From Patescibacteria group bacterium (GTDB lineage: Bacteria; Patescibacteriota; Microgenomatia; UBA1400; PJMF01): a DNA stretch of 64,000 nucleotides. This document shows, piece by piece, positions 28,311 to 37,504 of this stretch. Under the pieces are notes generated by a model that saw only the letters and a list, made by a program, of their open reading frames with translations, searched no databases and was not told where the DNA came from. The stretch covers positions 896,153 through 960,152 of the forward strand of contig BOKR01000001.1 of NCBI GenBank assembly GCA_016861085.1, given 5' to 3'. The first letter of the stretch is position 1. Each line of letters opens with the position of its first letter. Both the position numbers and the translations under genes were made by a program.

Positions 28311-29062
28311 ACTAAATCCTTATATCCACTAGCTTCTAGCGTATCAACAAGTTCCTCACCACCACTTTTGACTATTTTGCCCTTTACCATCACATGCACA
28401 TAGTCTGGCTTAAGATACTCTAAAATTCGTTTATAATGTGTTATTACTAATACGCCAGTGTTATATTTTTTGATAATTTTTGAAACACCTCTCGCGACTT
28501 TTTTAATTGCATCAATATCAAGCCCAGAATCAGTTTCGTCCAAGATTGCAAATTCAGGTTCTAGCAAAGCCATCTGCAAAATTTCTAACTGTTTTTTTTC
28601 ACCGCCAGAAAAACCCTCGTTTAAGCCACGAGTTAAGAAAAGAGGATCAATATCTAGTTCCTCAGCTAACGATTTTAAGTGGTTTCTAAAATCTAGTGCT
28701 TTTGCAAAAGTCTTTTCTGGCCTGTCAGCAAAACGAGCCTCGTAGGCCAACTTCAAAAAGTTTTGTACCCTTACTCCTGGAACTTCTACTGGATACTGAA
28801 ATGCAAGAAATAATCCTTTTTGAGCTCTTTCGTCTGGAGAAAGCTCCAACAATTCTAAGCCATTAAGCAAAACTGAACCTCCTGTCACAGTATATTCAGG
28901 ATGTCCAGCTAATGTCGCGGCAGTTGTTGATTTACCAGACCCATTTGGACCCATAATTGCATGTACTTCTCCCGGCTTTACTGTTAAGGAAATCCCGTTC
29001 AAAATTTGCTTGTCTTCTATTGAAACGTGTAAGTTTGAAATACTCAGAGATTTTTTTACCAT
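28307..29062 (-). CDS. sufC: Fe-S cluster assembly ATPase SufC
   Basis: Walker A GPNGSGKST, ABC signature FSGGEKK and Walker B ILDETDSGLD. Confidence 0.9.
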   Translation of the reverse strand: MVKKSLSISNLHVSIEDKQILNGISLTVKPGEVHAIMGPNGSGKSTTAATLAGHPEYTVTGGSVLLNGLELLELSPDERAQKGLFLAFQYPVEVPGVRVQNFLKLAYEARFADRPEKTFAKALDFRNHLKSLAEELDIDPLFLTRGLNEGFSGGEKKQLEILQMALLEPEFAILDETDSGLDIDAIKKVARGVSKIIKKYNTGVLVITHYKRILEYLKPDYVHVMVKGKIVKSGGEELVDTLEASGYKDLV

Positions 29063-29124
29063 ATAATCCTAAATTTAATTGTTCGAAGGGCTTATTTTAA
29101 CACATATTGCGCCTCTGATAACCT

Positions 29125-29736
29125 CTATTGTATACCAGAAATTGCAAAGCCTAATTTGATTTCAGCACGAATATTATCTCGCGTTTCAAGTTCATCAATG
29201 TCAGCTAATCTAAACCAAGCAATCCCGTCGGTTTCTTCTTGGTTTTGAGAAAATGTAACCCCATCTACTGCCTGTAAGAGATAAAAAAATCCAACATGTT
29301 GCTCACAACCTCTCTTCCACCTAGCAGTTGGGTAGCGTTTATCTGGGTTATCAGACTTCAAACGCAGTTGATAACTCTCTTCATTCACCCAGTGTAAATT
29401 AGTAGTCATTGGATTAGGCTGGAAACCAAAGTTCTCACCATATGGAAACGCAGTCTTTGATTTCCCGACAAGCGAATATTTTTTTTCAACTCCCGGAAGA
29501 CTAAACACATCAACCGCCTTGACCTTCACCCCTGTTTCTTCAAAAAATTCGCGCTCCGCTGCTTCATGAGGCAATTCTCCTTCATCAATATGCCCACCAG
29601 GATTCAACCAAATGCCCAATTTTTTATGCTTAACCAGTAAAACTTTATTTGCATGGATCAACATTCCACCTGCTGTATAACAAATCTTTGGTGCCTTAAC
29701 ATCTCTGTGTACATTTTGTTCAAAAGTATCGTTCAT
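29125..29736 (-). CDS. NUDIX hydrolase
   Basis: NUDIX box GGHIDEGELPHEAAEREFFEETGV. Confidence 0.75.
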   Translation of the reverse strand: MNDTFEQNVHRDVKAPKICYTAGGMLIHANKVLLVKHKKLGIWLNPGGHIDEGELPHEAAEREFFEETGVKVKAVDVFSLPGVEKKYSLVGKSKTAFPYGENFGFQPNPMTTNLHWVNEESYQLRLKSDNPDKRYPTARWKRGCEQHVGFFYLLQAVDGVTFSQNQEETDGIAWFRLADIDELETRDNIRAEIKLGFAISGIQ

Positions 29737-30317
29737 AGCAAACTCATTTGCACTCCGGCATCCTTTTTTGGAGTGAAACTAAAATCTACTGGACATTCAA
29801 TTAAGCGATTCCATTTATTCTTAAACTTAACATGACCTTTTTGCAGACCAAAGTCATAAATATCTCTTGTGACAGCAACATCTTGTAAACAATATTTTTC
29901 TAACTTATCCCACTGCTGGGTCTGATAGTATTTTATTGCATCAAGCCCATCCCCTGACTTACCAATTCCTAAAGTTTCTTGAGCTACTGCGTCTAATCCA
30001 ATTCTATGACCAGCACTGTCTTTAATCTTTACCAGTAAATCTAGTGTTGGTATCTTGGTGATATCTGCGGAATAATATGGCACAAATGTTTGCATATCAA
30101 AGTTATCAACATTAAACCCAACTACTAAATCCGCCTTTTCAAGCAAGGGGAACAGTTCAGGCAAATCCTTTTCCCAATAACTGCGCATTTCACCTTTACC
30201 GCTTGTTCCCTCTCTCACACAAACTCCAACGAAAGAAATGCCCAATCTATCAGGAAAAAAGCCACCAACTTCGTCAAAAGTTTTTTTTGTTTCTACATCT
30301 AAGATCACTTGAAGCAC
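29733..30317 (-). CDS. RNase H-like/DnaQ-like 3'-5' exonuclease domain protein
   Basis: DEDD-type motifs: ILDVETKK (Exo I), GFNVDNFD (Exo II) and YCLQDVAVTRDIY (Exo III, Y-x3-D). Confidence 0.45.
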   Translation of the reverse strand: MLQVILDVETKKTFDEVGGFFPDRLGISFVGVCVREGTSGKGEMRSYWEKDLPELFPLLEKADLVVGFNVDNFDMQTFVPYYSADITKIPTLDLLVKIKDSAGHRIGLDAVAQETLGIGKSGDGLDAIKYYQTQQWDKLEKYCLQDVAVTRDIYDFGLQKGHVKFKNKWNRLIECPVDFSFTPKKDAGVQMSLL

Positions 30318-30397
30318 AAAACTCCCCTTCTAATAACAGAACACACAGAGGACTATGATAACCAAATAAAAAAATATTGTCTAAAATACCAATGCTA

Positions 30398-31006
30398 TCA
30401 AACTGCAGCGTCAAAACGTCTTTCAACTTCAGCCCAATTTACAATATTCCAAAAAGCTGCAATATAGTCTGGTCGTCTATTTTGATAATTTAAATAGTAT
30501 GCATGTTCCCAAACATCTAACCCTAATAACGGTGTTTGACCGACTGAAAGTGGACTATCCTGATTTCCTGTTGAAGTAATCGCCAATTCTCCATTCTCAT
30601 CAACAACTAACCAGGCCCACCCAGAACCAAATCGTTTTGTTGCTGCATCAGAAAAAGCTTGTTTAAAAGCATCAAAACTCTCAAACTTAGAAATTATCGT
30701 CTCTTTTAATTCCCCAGTTGGCTCATCACCACCGTTTGGCGAAAGATTTGCCCAAAATAAGTTGTGATTGTAAAATCCACCACCGTTGTTAATAACTGCC
30801 TGTCTGATTGAACCCGGAACTTTATCTAGATCTGATAAAATCTCCTCAATCTTCAATGAGAGTAAGTCATCTTGGCCTTCTAATGCTGCATTCAAGTTGT
30901 TTGTGTAGGCTTGATGATGTTTTGTGTAATGAATTTCCATAGTTCGAGCATCAATATGTGGCTCAAGGGCGTTAAACTCATATGGTAATTGTGGAAGTTG
31001 AAACAT
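30398..31006 (-). CDS. sodA: Fe/Mn superoxide dismutase
   Basis: [34 protein letters not shown] and DVWEHAYYL signature motifs. Confidence 0.9.
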   Translation of the reverse strand: MFQLPQLPYEFNALEPHIDARTMEIHYTKHHQAYTNNLNAALEGQDDLLSLKIEEILSDLDKVPGSIRQAVINNGGGFYNHNLFWANLSPNGGDEPTGELKETIISKFESFDAFKQAFSDAATKRFGSGWAWLVVDENGELAITSTGNQDSPLSVGQTPLLGLDVWEHAYYLNYQNRRPDYIAAFWNIVNWAEVERRFDAAV

Positions 31007-31020
31007 TAGGACCTTTCAAA

Positions 31021-31329
31021 CTATTTTCTTCTGTTTTCTCTATCAAAAAGATTCAGCACTTCTTCAATCAAATAACTGACGAAGGCATATACAAATATCG
31101 CAAAAAGTGTCGTAAATTCAATTACAAATCTGCCGCTAATACTTGGCGTTGGAAAAGCAAACAGAAATGGTGCCAAAAGCGGTTGGGTATTCTGGTAAAC
31201 AAACGCCACAAATGGGCTATTTGGGTTGGCCCCTAAAAACTTGAGGCCAAATCGGAACATAAGCAGTATACCCACTAAAGAAAAGATTAATACAGTAAAG
31301 TTTTTTAGTATTTTTCCCATAAGCACCAA
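31021..31329 (-). CDS. YggT-family membrane protein
   Basis: ~100 aa with two TM helices and a conserved YggT-like arrangement (…FVYAFVSYLIEEVLN). Confidence 0.5.
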   Translation of the reverse strand: MVLMGKILKNFTVLIFSLVGILLMFRFGLKFLGANPNSPFVAFVYQNTQPLLAPFLFAFPTPSISGRFVIEFTTLFAIFVYAFVSYLIEEVLNLFDRENRRK

Positions 31330-31394
31330 CAGTTAAACATATTCCCTAAGGTAAGTCAACCGTTTATATTGACTTATCTTGTATAATCCTATCC

Positions 31395-31757
31395 ATGCAA
31401 CGGAGAAAAAATGCCGAATTCTCAAAAAACACAATGGAGGAAGTTGTTCATCTCCAAAAAAGCCGTTGTGAACACTGCAAACGGAAATTAACTCCAGAAG
31501 AGTATACATTTCATCACATACTACCGCTTTGGTATGCTACTATTTTTTTTCCAGATTTATCTTGTGCTGCTTTAAAAAATGTTCTGAACTGCCAATTGCT
31601 CTGTAGAGCCTGCCATGATCTGGAACATGGTCAAGAGTTTCCAAAAAGTAAATATACACCAAAAAAACACCAATATCGAGAAAAAGCTGAAGAACTAAGA
31701 AAATATGATAAAAAAGTAAGTAGTTTGTCCGGACTCAAAAGGTTGCTATCATCTTAA
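31395..31757 (+). CDS. HNH endonuclease
   Basis: CEHCKRKL…FHHILP…N…LCRACHDLEH: an HNH motif with two flanking Cys pairs (zinc finger). Confidence 0.75.
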   Translation: MQRRKNAEFSKNTMEEVVHLQKSRCEHCKRKLTPEEYTFHHILPLWYATIFFPDLSCAALKNVLNCQLLCRACHDLEHGQEFPKSKYTPKKHQYREKAEELRKYDKKVSSLSGLKRLLSS

Positions 31758-32614
31758 ACAACTGCTGTTGTTTGTTCATTGGCGATTCTCACTGCCTCAA
31801 TCACTTTGTCTCTGATCTCTGTTTTGATGTATTCTTCGTGTTCTGGACCATGATTTAAATTAGATAAGATCTGAGAAGTTTGAGCTCCAGCCCAAAATGG
31901 ATCACCTGCCATAAATCCCCTTGCCCCACTATCTATACAAGCTCTCAGGTTTTGCTTAAATTCCTCGTACCCGATTTCCCGAGCATTGTAAATCCATGGA
32001 GTATCAATCTCTGCAGTGATTGTTACGGCCGAAAGAGAGCTCCCAAGGTATTCAAGTGCGAGAATATCACTTGTATTTGTAAACTCTCTTGCAGCTTGGA
32101 GTTGTGCCTCAAACAATACTTCTGCTACTGGAGGTTCAGAAGATGGGTGGTACACCATCAGCTCTAACAACAAATCTATGCCCTCATATTTACAATAATC
32201 ATGGACTTCTGCTACGAATTGCTTCTTACGCATGGCTTCTGGTTCTTGGGGATGATAATACAATTCCAACTTCGCGAGAGCATAGTTATTACTAATATGC
32301 TCAATACCCCAACTATCTGCCATTCTGGGCATAGAAAAAGGATCAGTTGCATCTGATTTTTTTTCCAAAGAAAGCAATAATCCTGTTCCATTTGCTTTTT
32401 TTGAAATGATAGAGAAGTCAAAATCTGGATCAACCACAACCCCTGAGACTTCAGGTGATAAATATTGCATCATTTTGCCTGAAATAAATGATAAATGCTC
32501 CTGGTGCTCAAGATGATCAATATCAAGCCCTATTGCTTGCGCCAGAGTTGCAATTCTAGAAAAATCTAGCAGTGCGAAATTACCCAATGAATTTTTGATA
32601 TTTGCAAGCTTCAT
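31754..32614 (-). CDS. Class I aldolase, tagatose-1,6-bisphosphate aldolase (LacD)-like
   Basis: Blocks collinear with LacD: GLLLSLEK, AKLELYYHP, IDLLLELMVY and GARGFMAGDPFWAG (versus LacD GVLCGRATWAG). Confidence 0.55.
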   Translation of the reverse strand: MKLANIKNSLGNFALLDFSRIATLAQAIGLDIDHLEHQEHLSFISGKMMQYLSPEVSGVVVDPDFDFSIISKKANGTGLLLSLEKKSDATDPFSMPRMADSWGIEHISNNYALAKLELYYHPQEPEAMRKKQFVAEVHDYCKYEGIDLLLELMVYHPSSEPPVAEVLFEAQLQAAREFTNTSDILALEYLGSSLSAVTITAEIDTPWIYNAREIGYEEFKQNLRACIDSGARGFMAGDPFWAGAQTSQILSNLNHGPEHEEYIKTEIRDKVIEAVRIANEQTTAVV

Positions 32615-32691
32615 ACCTCTTGAGTATGAAGTATTGTCTCTAGCTTTTCAATGATATAATGCAACCCATAATTTTTACTACATGAATTTAC

Positions 32692-33648
32692 ATGAAAAAA
32701 AATATTGTAGAACAAGAGTCACCAAAAAACCTAGCAGAACAAGTGTACTTAGTGAGAGAAAACGAGCTTGTTCTTGCTGAAGTCAGAAAGAGAACCAACT
32801 TCGGTATTAAAAGACTTGTCTTGGGAACTGCTGATCCTGAAAAGGTTAGAATAATCGTGAGAAAAAAAAGATCTAGAGAACTTAAAAAAATTGAAAGACT
32901 TTTAAGTGACATGAGTAAAAACTTATTCGTTATCGAGAGACAAGCGCATGTAGTTGCTCAAGAACTTGCCCAATTTCTTAGAATTAAATTCCCAGAATAT
33001 GATCTACAGATAATTCTAACTGGGAGTAACACTTCTGGGGGAGCCGTCCTCAAAAAAGAACTTGCGATTGAACCAAGCAAAGCATCTGACTTTGATTGTG
33101 CAGTTTTAGTCAAAGGTATACAAGACCCACGGGTCAGAAAAATTGATCCATACCTTTATTTCGAACAAACAAAACTACTTAATACCATTGCAAACTCTAT
33201 TGAATCTTTTCTTAGTGGTAAGGGCTTCATTTTATGCAGCCTAATACAACCTTCTTATGGTCATACTGCACCAACGTTACAATCAGTTGAAGATGCCCTC
33301 AATATGTTAACTGATTACTTTGGAGATAAAGCTATCGAACATGGTATATACTATTTTTACCCGACTTACCCACTTTTAAATTGGGAACGAAACACTAAAT
33401 TAATACAATTAGCACTTGAAAAACTCAGAAGAAATCCCCGGCTGTTTTCAGCAGTAACTATGAATATTCAACAAACTTTTAGTAAAAAAATTCTCATTAA
33501 GCATTCACACCTTTCTGGAATAGCATCCAGTGATATTAATAGTGAGCAACATAGACTTTCGAAGAAAACAGCTGCTACTATAACGGATCAAGTTAGAGAA
33601 AATAGGTCTGGAAAAATACTAAAAGAAGCCAGCCATATTATTCGATAG
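32692..33648 (+). CDS. Hypothetical protein with polymerase-beta-superfamily nucleotidyltransferase-like core
   Basis: LTGSNTSGGAV…ASDFDCAVLV fits the hG[GS]-x(9-13)-Dh[DE]h NTase signature. 318 aa, so larger than a minimal NTase. Confidence 0.35.
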   Translation: MKKNIVEQESPKNLAEQVYLVRENELVLAEVRKRTNFGIKRLVLGTADPEKVRIIVRKKRSRELKKIERLLSDMSKNLFVIERQAHVVAQELAQFLRIKFPEYDLQIILTGSNTSGGAVLKKELAIEPSKASDFDCAVLVKGIQDPRVRKIDPYLYFEQTKLLNTIANSIESFLSGKGFILCSLIQPSYGHTAPTLQSVEDALNMLTDYFGDKAIEHGIYYFYPTYPLLNWERNTKLIQLALEKLRRNPRLFSAVTMNIQQTFSKKILIKHSHLSGIASSDINSEQHRLSKKTAATITDQVRENRSGKILKEASHIIR

Positions 33649-33675
33649 GCTGGCTTCTACTATTCTTTAATTCAT

Positions 33676-36030
33676 TTAGTCTTCTTGTCGTCTGACAACT
33701 GGGCGTCTTTGAAACCCACCACGATCGCCGCCTCTTTTATCATCTCTTCGGTCACCACCACGACCACCTCTGAAGTCACGTCCGCCGCCACGGTTTCCAC
33801 CACGACCACCTCGGTCTCCTCCACCGAATCCACCTCTATCGCCACCGCGATCACCTCGTTCTGCTCGCTTTGCAGCAACTTCAGCCTGTTGCTCAGGAGT
33901 TAACATAGTAAGACCAATTTTGCCGTCATCTTTGATCTCAGCAATCCTAACAGTAACTTTGTCTCCGACTTTGACTAAATCACTTGCATCTTTGACAAAT
34001 TCAGTACTCATTGCTGAGACATGTACTAAACCTTCTCGTTGTGGCAAGTATTCTACAAATGCCCCGTAGCTTTCAACTCGAGTTACGAAGCCTTCAAATT
34101 CTTCACCGACTTCAACTCTTCGCATCATGTTACTAATGAATGTGTAAGCTGCATCAATCTTTGACTGGTCGTCTGAAGAAATGTTAACGATACCAAGCCC
34201 TTGATCTTTGTCTTCATCCACACTGATTTCTGCACCAGTTTCTTCAATAATACTCTTAATCATCTTGCCACCTGGGCCGATCAACTCACCAATCCTATCT
34301 TGTGGAATTGTCAGTTGTTGGACCTTTGGAGCATATACGGAAAGCTCAGTTCTTGGCTGAGAAATTGCTTCCATCATTTTGCCCATGATGTGCATTCTGC
34401 CAACTCTTGCTTGTTCTAAAGCTTCTTCTAAAACTGCTCTTGGAATACCCTTGAGTTTGATATCCATTTGAATTGCAGTTATACCAACTTCTGTTCCGGC
34501 AACTTTAAAGTCCATGTCACCAACGTGATCTTCAAGACCTTGAATATCTGACAGCACTACAAAATTGGTACCATCACTCATCAAACCCATTGCAATACCT
34601 GCAACTGGACGCTTGATTGGGACACCTGCAGCCATCAATGATAATGTTGAACCACACACAGAAGCCTGAGAAGTAGAACCATTTGAACTCAAAATTTCAG
34701 AAACTACTTGAATTGTGTATGGAAACTCTGCTTGAGAAGGGAGCATTGGAACCAAGGCTCTTTCTGCCAATGCACCATGACCAATCTCACGTCTACCAGG
34801 ACCCATAAATCTACCAGCTTCACCAGAAGCATATGGAGGCATGTTGTATTGGTGGAAATAGAATCTGTCTTCTTCACCATTAATGCTTTCAATCAACATT
34901 GATTTGGACGGATCACCAAGAGTAGTGATAGTAACTGCTTGAGTCGCACCGCGCTTGAACATTGCTGAACCATGAGTTCTTGGGAATACATCAACTTCAC
35001 ACCAAATTGGTCTAATTTCATCTTTTGCTCTGCCGTCTGGACGAATGCCATCTTGCAAGATCATTTCTCGAGCAACACGTTTAGTTAAATTGTAAACTGC
35101 AGTGTAGATCTCCTCTTGCGGAACTTCAGTTGTCTCTCCAGCACCAACATTAAATTCAACAACGAGCTCAGCTTGCAATTCCTCAAGACCAGCATGTTCT
35201 TCCATTCTGCCTTTTTTCTCAACAATAGTTTTAAGCTGTTCTCTCTTAGTAGCGTAAATCTTTTCTTCAAGATTTTTGATTCTTTCTGCGACTTCTTTTT
35301 CAGCTTCTGAGATGAGGTCTCGTTTTTCCTTACCAATCTCTGACACAACTGTGTCAATAACGTCGCAAATCTTACCCATCTCTGCTTGAGCTCTTACCAA
35401 AGCCTCAACCATAACTGCTTCTGAGACTTCCTTCGCACCAGCTTCTACCATCACAACGGTTTTACCGGTACCAGCAACAATCAAATCCAAATCTGAGTTG
35501 TCTCTTTCGTCATGAGTTGGATTGGTCATGAATTGACCACTTTCTTTGTTATAACCAATTCTCAAACCAGCAATTGGACCCTCAAACGGAATTTCACTAA
35601 TACTGAGTCCAATGGCACTGCCTAAAAGGCCGAGCATGTCTGGATCATTCTGACCATCGTATGAAAATACTGTATTAATAATCTGTACCTCATGGGTTAA
35701 ACCTTCTGGGAACATTGGCCTGAGCGAACGATCAATAACACGTGCTTTTAAAATGACATCGTCTAAAGGACGACCGTCTCTTTTTACCCAGCGAGAACCC
35801 TTGATGATTCCTGCTGAATACAGCTTTTCTGCAAACTCTACAGAAAGTGGGAAATACCCTAAGTTTACTTTTCTGCCAAGTGCAACAGTGCTATGAACTA
35901 CTGTGTCACCACAAGTCACCAAGACTGCAGCGCTTGCTTGTTCCGAGAATTTACCGACTTCAACAGTAACTGTTTTGTCACCAATCTGGAACTCTTTTTT
36001 ATACGTATTTGGATATGTTGGATATGACAT
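33676..36030 (-). CDS. pnp: Polynucleotide phosphorylase (PNPase) with C-terminal RGG/GGDRGG low-complexity tail
   Basis: Two RNase PH-like domains, then KH and S1 domains (…GKVVRIADFGAFVE-type block VEVGEEFEGFVTRVESYGAFVEY). A ~70-aa Arg/Gly/Asp-rich repeat tail is appended. Confidence 0.95.
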   Translation of the reverse strand: MSYPTYPNTYKKEFQIGDKTVTVEVGKFSEQASAAVLVTCGDTVVHSTVALGRKVNLGYFPLSVEFAEKLYSAGIIKGSRWVKRDGRPLDDVILKARVIDRSLRPMFPEGLTHEVQIINTVFSYDGQNDPDMLGLLGSAIGLSISEIPFEGPIAGLRIGYNKESGQFMTNPTHDERDNSDLDLIVAGTGKTVVMVEAGAKEVSEAVMVEALVRAQAEMGKICDVIDTVVSEIGKEKRDLISEAEKEVAERIKNLEEKIYATKREQLKTIVEKKGRMEEHAGLEELQAELVVEFNVGAGETTEVPQEEIYTAVYNLTKRVAREMILQDGIRPDGRAKDEIRPIWCEVDVFPRTHGSAMFKRGATQAVTITTLGDPSKSMLIESINGEEDRFYFHQYNMPPYASGEAGRFMGPGRREIGHGALAERALVPMLPSQAEFPYTIQVVSEILSSNGSTSQASVCGSTLSLMAAGVPIKRPVAGIAMGLMSDGTNFVVLSDIQGLEDHVGDMDFKVAGTEVGITAIQMDIKLKGIPRAVLEEALEQARVGRMHIMGKMMEAISQPRTELSVYAPKVQQLTIPQDRIGELIGPGGKMIKSIIEETGAEISVDEDKDQGLGIVNISSDDQSKIDAAYTFISNMMRRVEVGEEFEGFVTRVESYGAFVEYLPQREGLVHVSAMSTEFVKDASDLVKVGDKVTVRIAEIKDDGKIGLTMLTPEQQAEVAAKRAERGDRGGDRGGFGGGDRGGRGGNRGGGRDFRGGRGGDRRDDKRGGDRGGFQRRPVVRRQED

Positions 36031-36278
36031 CCGATTCCTTTCACATGGTCAGCAAACAAACCCCGTTTAACTTCTACGGGTTCCTTGTATTGTTTGTTTG
36101 ATCTGATTCATGATCAAATATTGGATACAAAAGTGATTATTGTGAGTATTCCCTGAGAAAAGATAAGTTTCTATGAGATTTTCCTCTCCCTTATCGCCTC
36201 TCTTGAATCCTCAATAAACACTCTTAGTATCGCAAGTAATTTTTACTAGATACATTATAGCACGAAAACGACCAGAGT

Positions 36279-36905
36279 TTATAATCGTTTAAGCAGTCTG
36301 TCATACAAAATGACATATGCTAATGTTCCAATTGGAATAGTTACGATTAAACCAACAAACAGTGCCAAAATACCAGAATACATCAAGACAACTGTTGCAG
36401 CCATAAATCCAAAAATATCCCATTTAACTCCATCAGTCATCTTAGCACTTGCCTTGAGGGCTTCAATTGGGCCCATTCCTTTATCAACGATTAAGTATGG
36501 GGTAAACATGAACTTGATCGAAAAGATAATTCCAGGAATGATGAAAAGTAAGAACCCGCCAAAGATAATGAGCATCATGAGTATTTGGGCTACGATAAAA
36601 TTGATGGCTTTTGGAGCAACTGAGGTAATCATATCCATAGTTACTTTTTTGCCTCTGATCAACTCAACATAAGCTTTGATCACACCCATTGAAACTATGA
36701 ATTGAATTACAAGATAGGCCAATCCCCAAATCATGGCAAAAGCTGAATTTTCATTTGTTTCACTTATGAGCATGTTGTAGACAATAGCAACGACAATCGG
36801 CAGTAGTTGAACTGCATACACCACAATCCACTCTTTTTTGAAAATTTCCCAGGCTGACCTAAATGAGTCACTGATAATAAAACCTTCTGTAGATTTGAGT
36901 AGCAT
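36279..36905 (-). CDS. Hypothetical polytopic membrane protein
   Basis: 208 aa with 5-6 TM helices and no catalytic motif recognised. Confidence 0.4.
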   Translation of the reverse strand: MLLKSTEGFIISDSFRSAWEIFKKEWIVVYAVQLLPIVVAIVYNMLISETNENSAFAMIWGLAYLVIQFIVSMGVIKAYVELIRGKKVTMDMITSVAPKAINFIVAQILMMLIIFGGFLLFIIPGIIFSIKFMFTPYLIVDKGMGPIEALKASAKMTDGVKWDIFGFMAATVVLMYSGILALFVGLIVTIPIGTLAYVILYDRLLKRL

Positions 36906-36980
36906 AGTATCCTTGAGTCTATTTTTTTACTTACCTAGTAGCATACATCACTTTTATTTATTTTGCTAGATATGCCAAAA

Positions 36981-37020
36981 TAAAAGGGCCTTAGTTTTAC
37001 CAAGGCCCCTTTTGAAAATC
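36981..37020 (-). terminator. Rho-independent terminator downstream of rpsO
   Basis: A 7-bp GC-rich stem gggcctt/aaggccc with a 9-nt loop. On the minus transcript it is followed by a uuuuauuuu tract. Confidence 0.5.
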
Positions 37021-37036
37021 TAAAATTTTGAACAAA

Positions 37037-37306
37037 TTATTTACTTAACCCTAATCTATCAATTAAAGTTCTGTATCTTTCTTCACTTCGAGAAAGCAAG
37101 AAATTTAATAATCTTCTTCTTTTCGCGACTTGTTTTAAGAGACCTCTTCTTGAGTGATCATCTTTTTTGTGTGAACTCAAGTGCTTGGTTAACTCTTGGA
37201 CAGAAGCAGTCAGCAATGCAATCTGTACTTCTGGAGAACCAGTGTCACCTGCAAACAGCGCAAAATCTGTAATAATTTGTTGTTTTTGAGCTTTTGATAA
37301 AGCCAT
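37037..37306 (-). CDS. rpsO: 30S ribosomal protein S15
   Basis: MALSKAQKQQIITDF…HLSSHKKDDHSRRGLLKQVAKRRRLLNFL is the canonical S15 sequence. The start was taken at the internal Met, giving 89 aa. Confidence 0.9.
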   Translation of the reverse strand: MALSKAQKQQIITDFALFAGDTGSPEVQIALLTASVQELTKHLSSHKKDDHSRRGLLKQVAKRRRLLNFLLSRSEERYRTLIDRLGLSK

Positions 37307-37504
37307 GGTATTCCTTTCGCTTCTTTTATGAAGCATCCCTTACTTCAAAAGTCTGAGGCGCCTAGATGACGATTTACAAACCTTTTACAAGTAAAGTAAC
37401 CAATTTATTTTTACTGTTCTGTATTATATCACAATTATACTCTTTTTATCTACTGATATACATAAATATGTTTATATTTTTTATTATTATGATAAAATAT
37501 ACAG

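Noticed and set aside
36031-36278. Possible structured pnp leader (short hairpin aaccccgt…acgggtt)
   Set aside because: The stem is imperfect and I could not identify an RNase III-type long helix. It is probably just a 5' UTR, so it is not reported as a feature.
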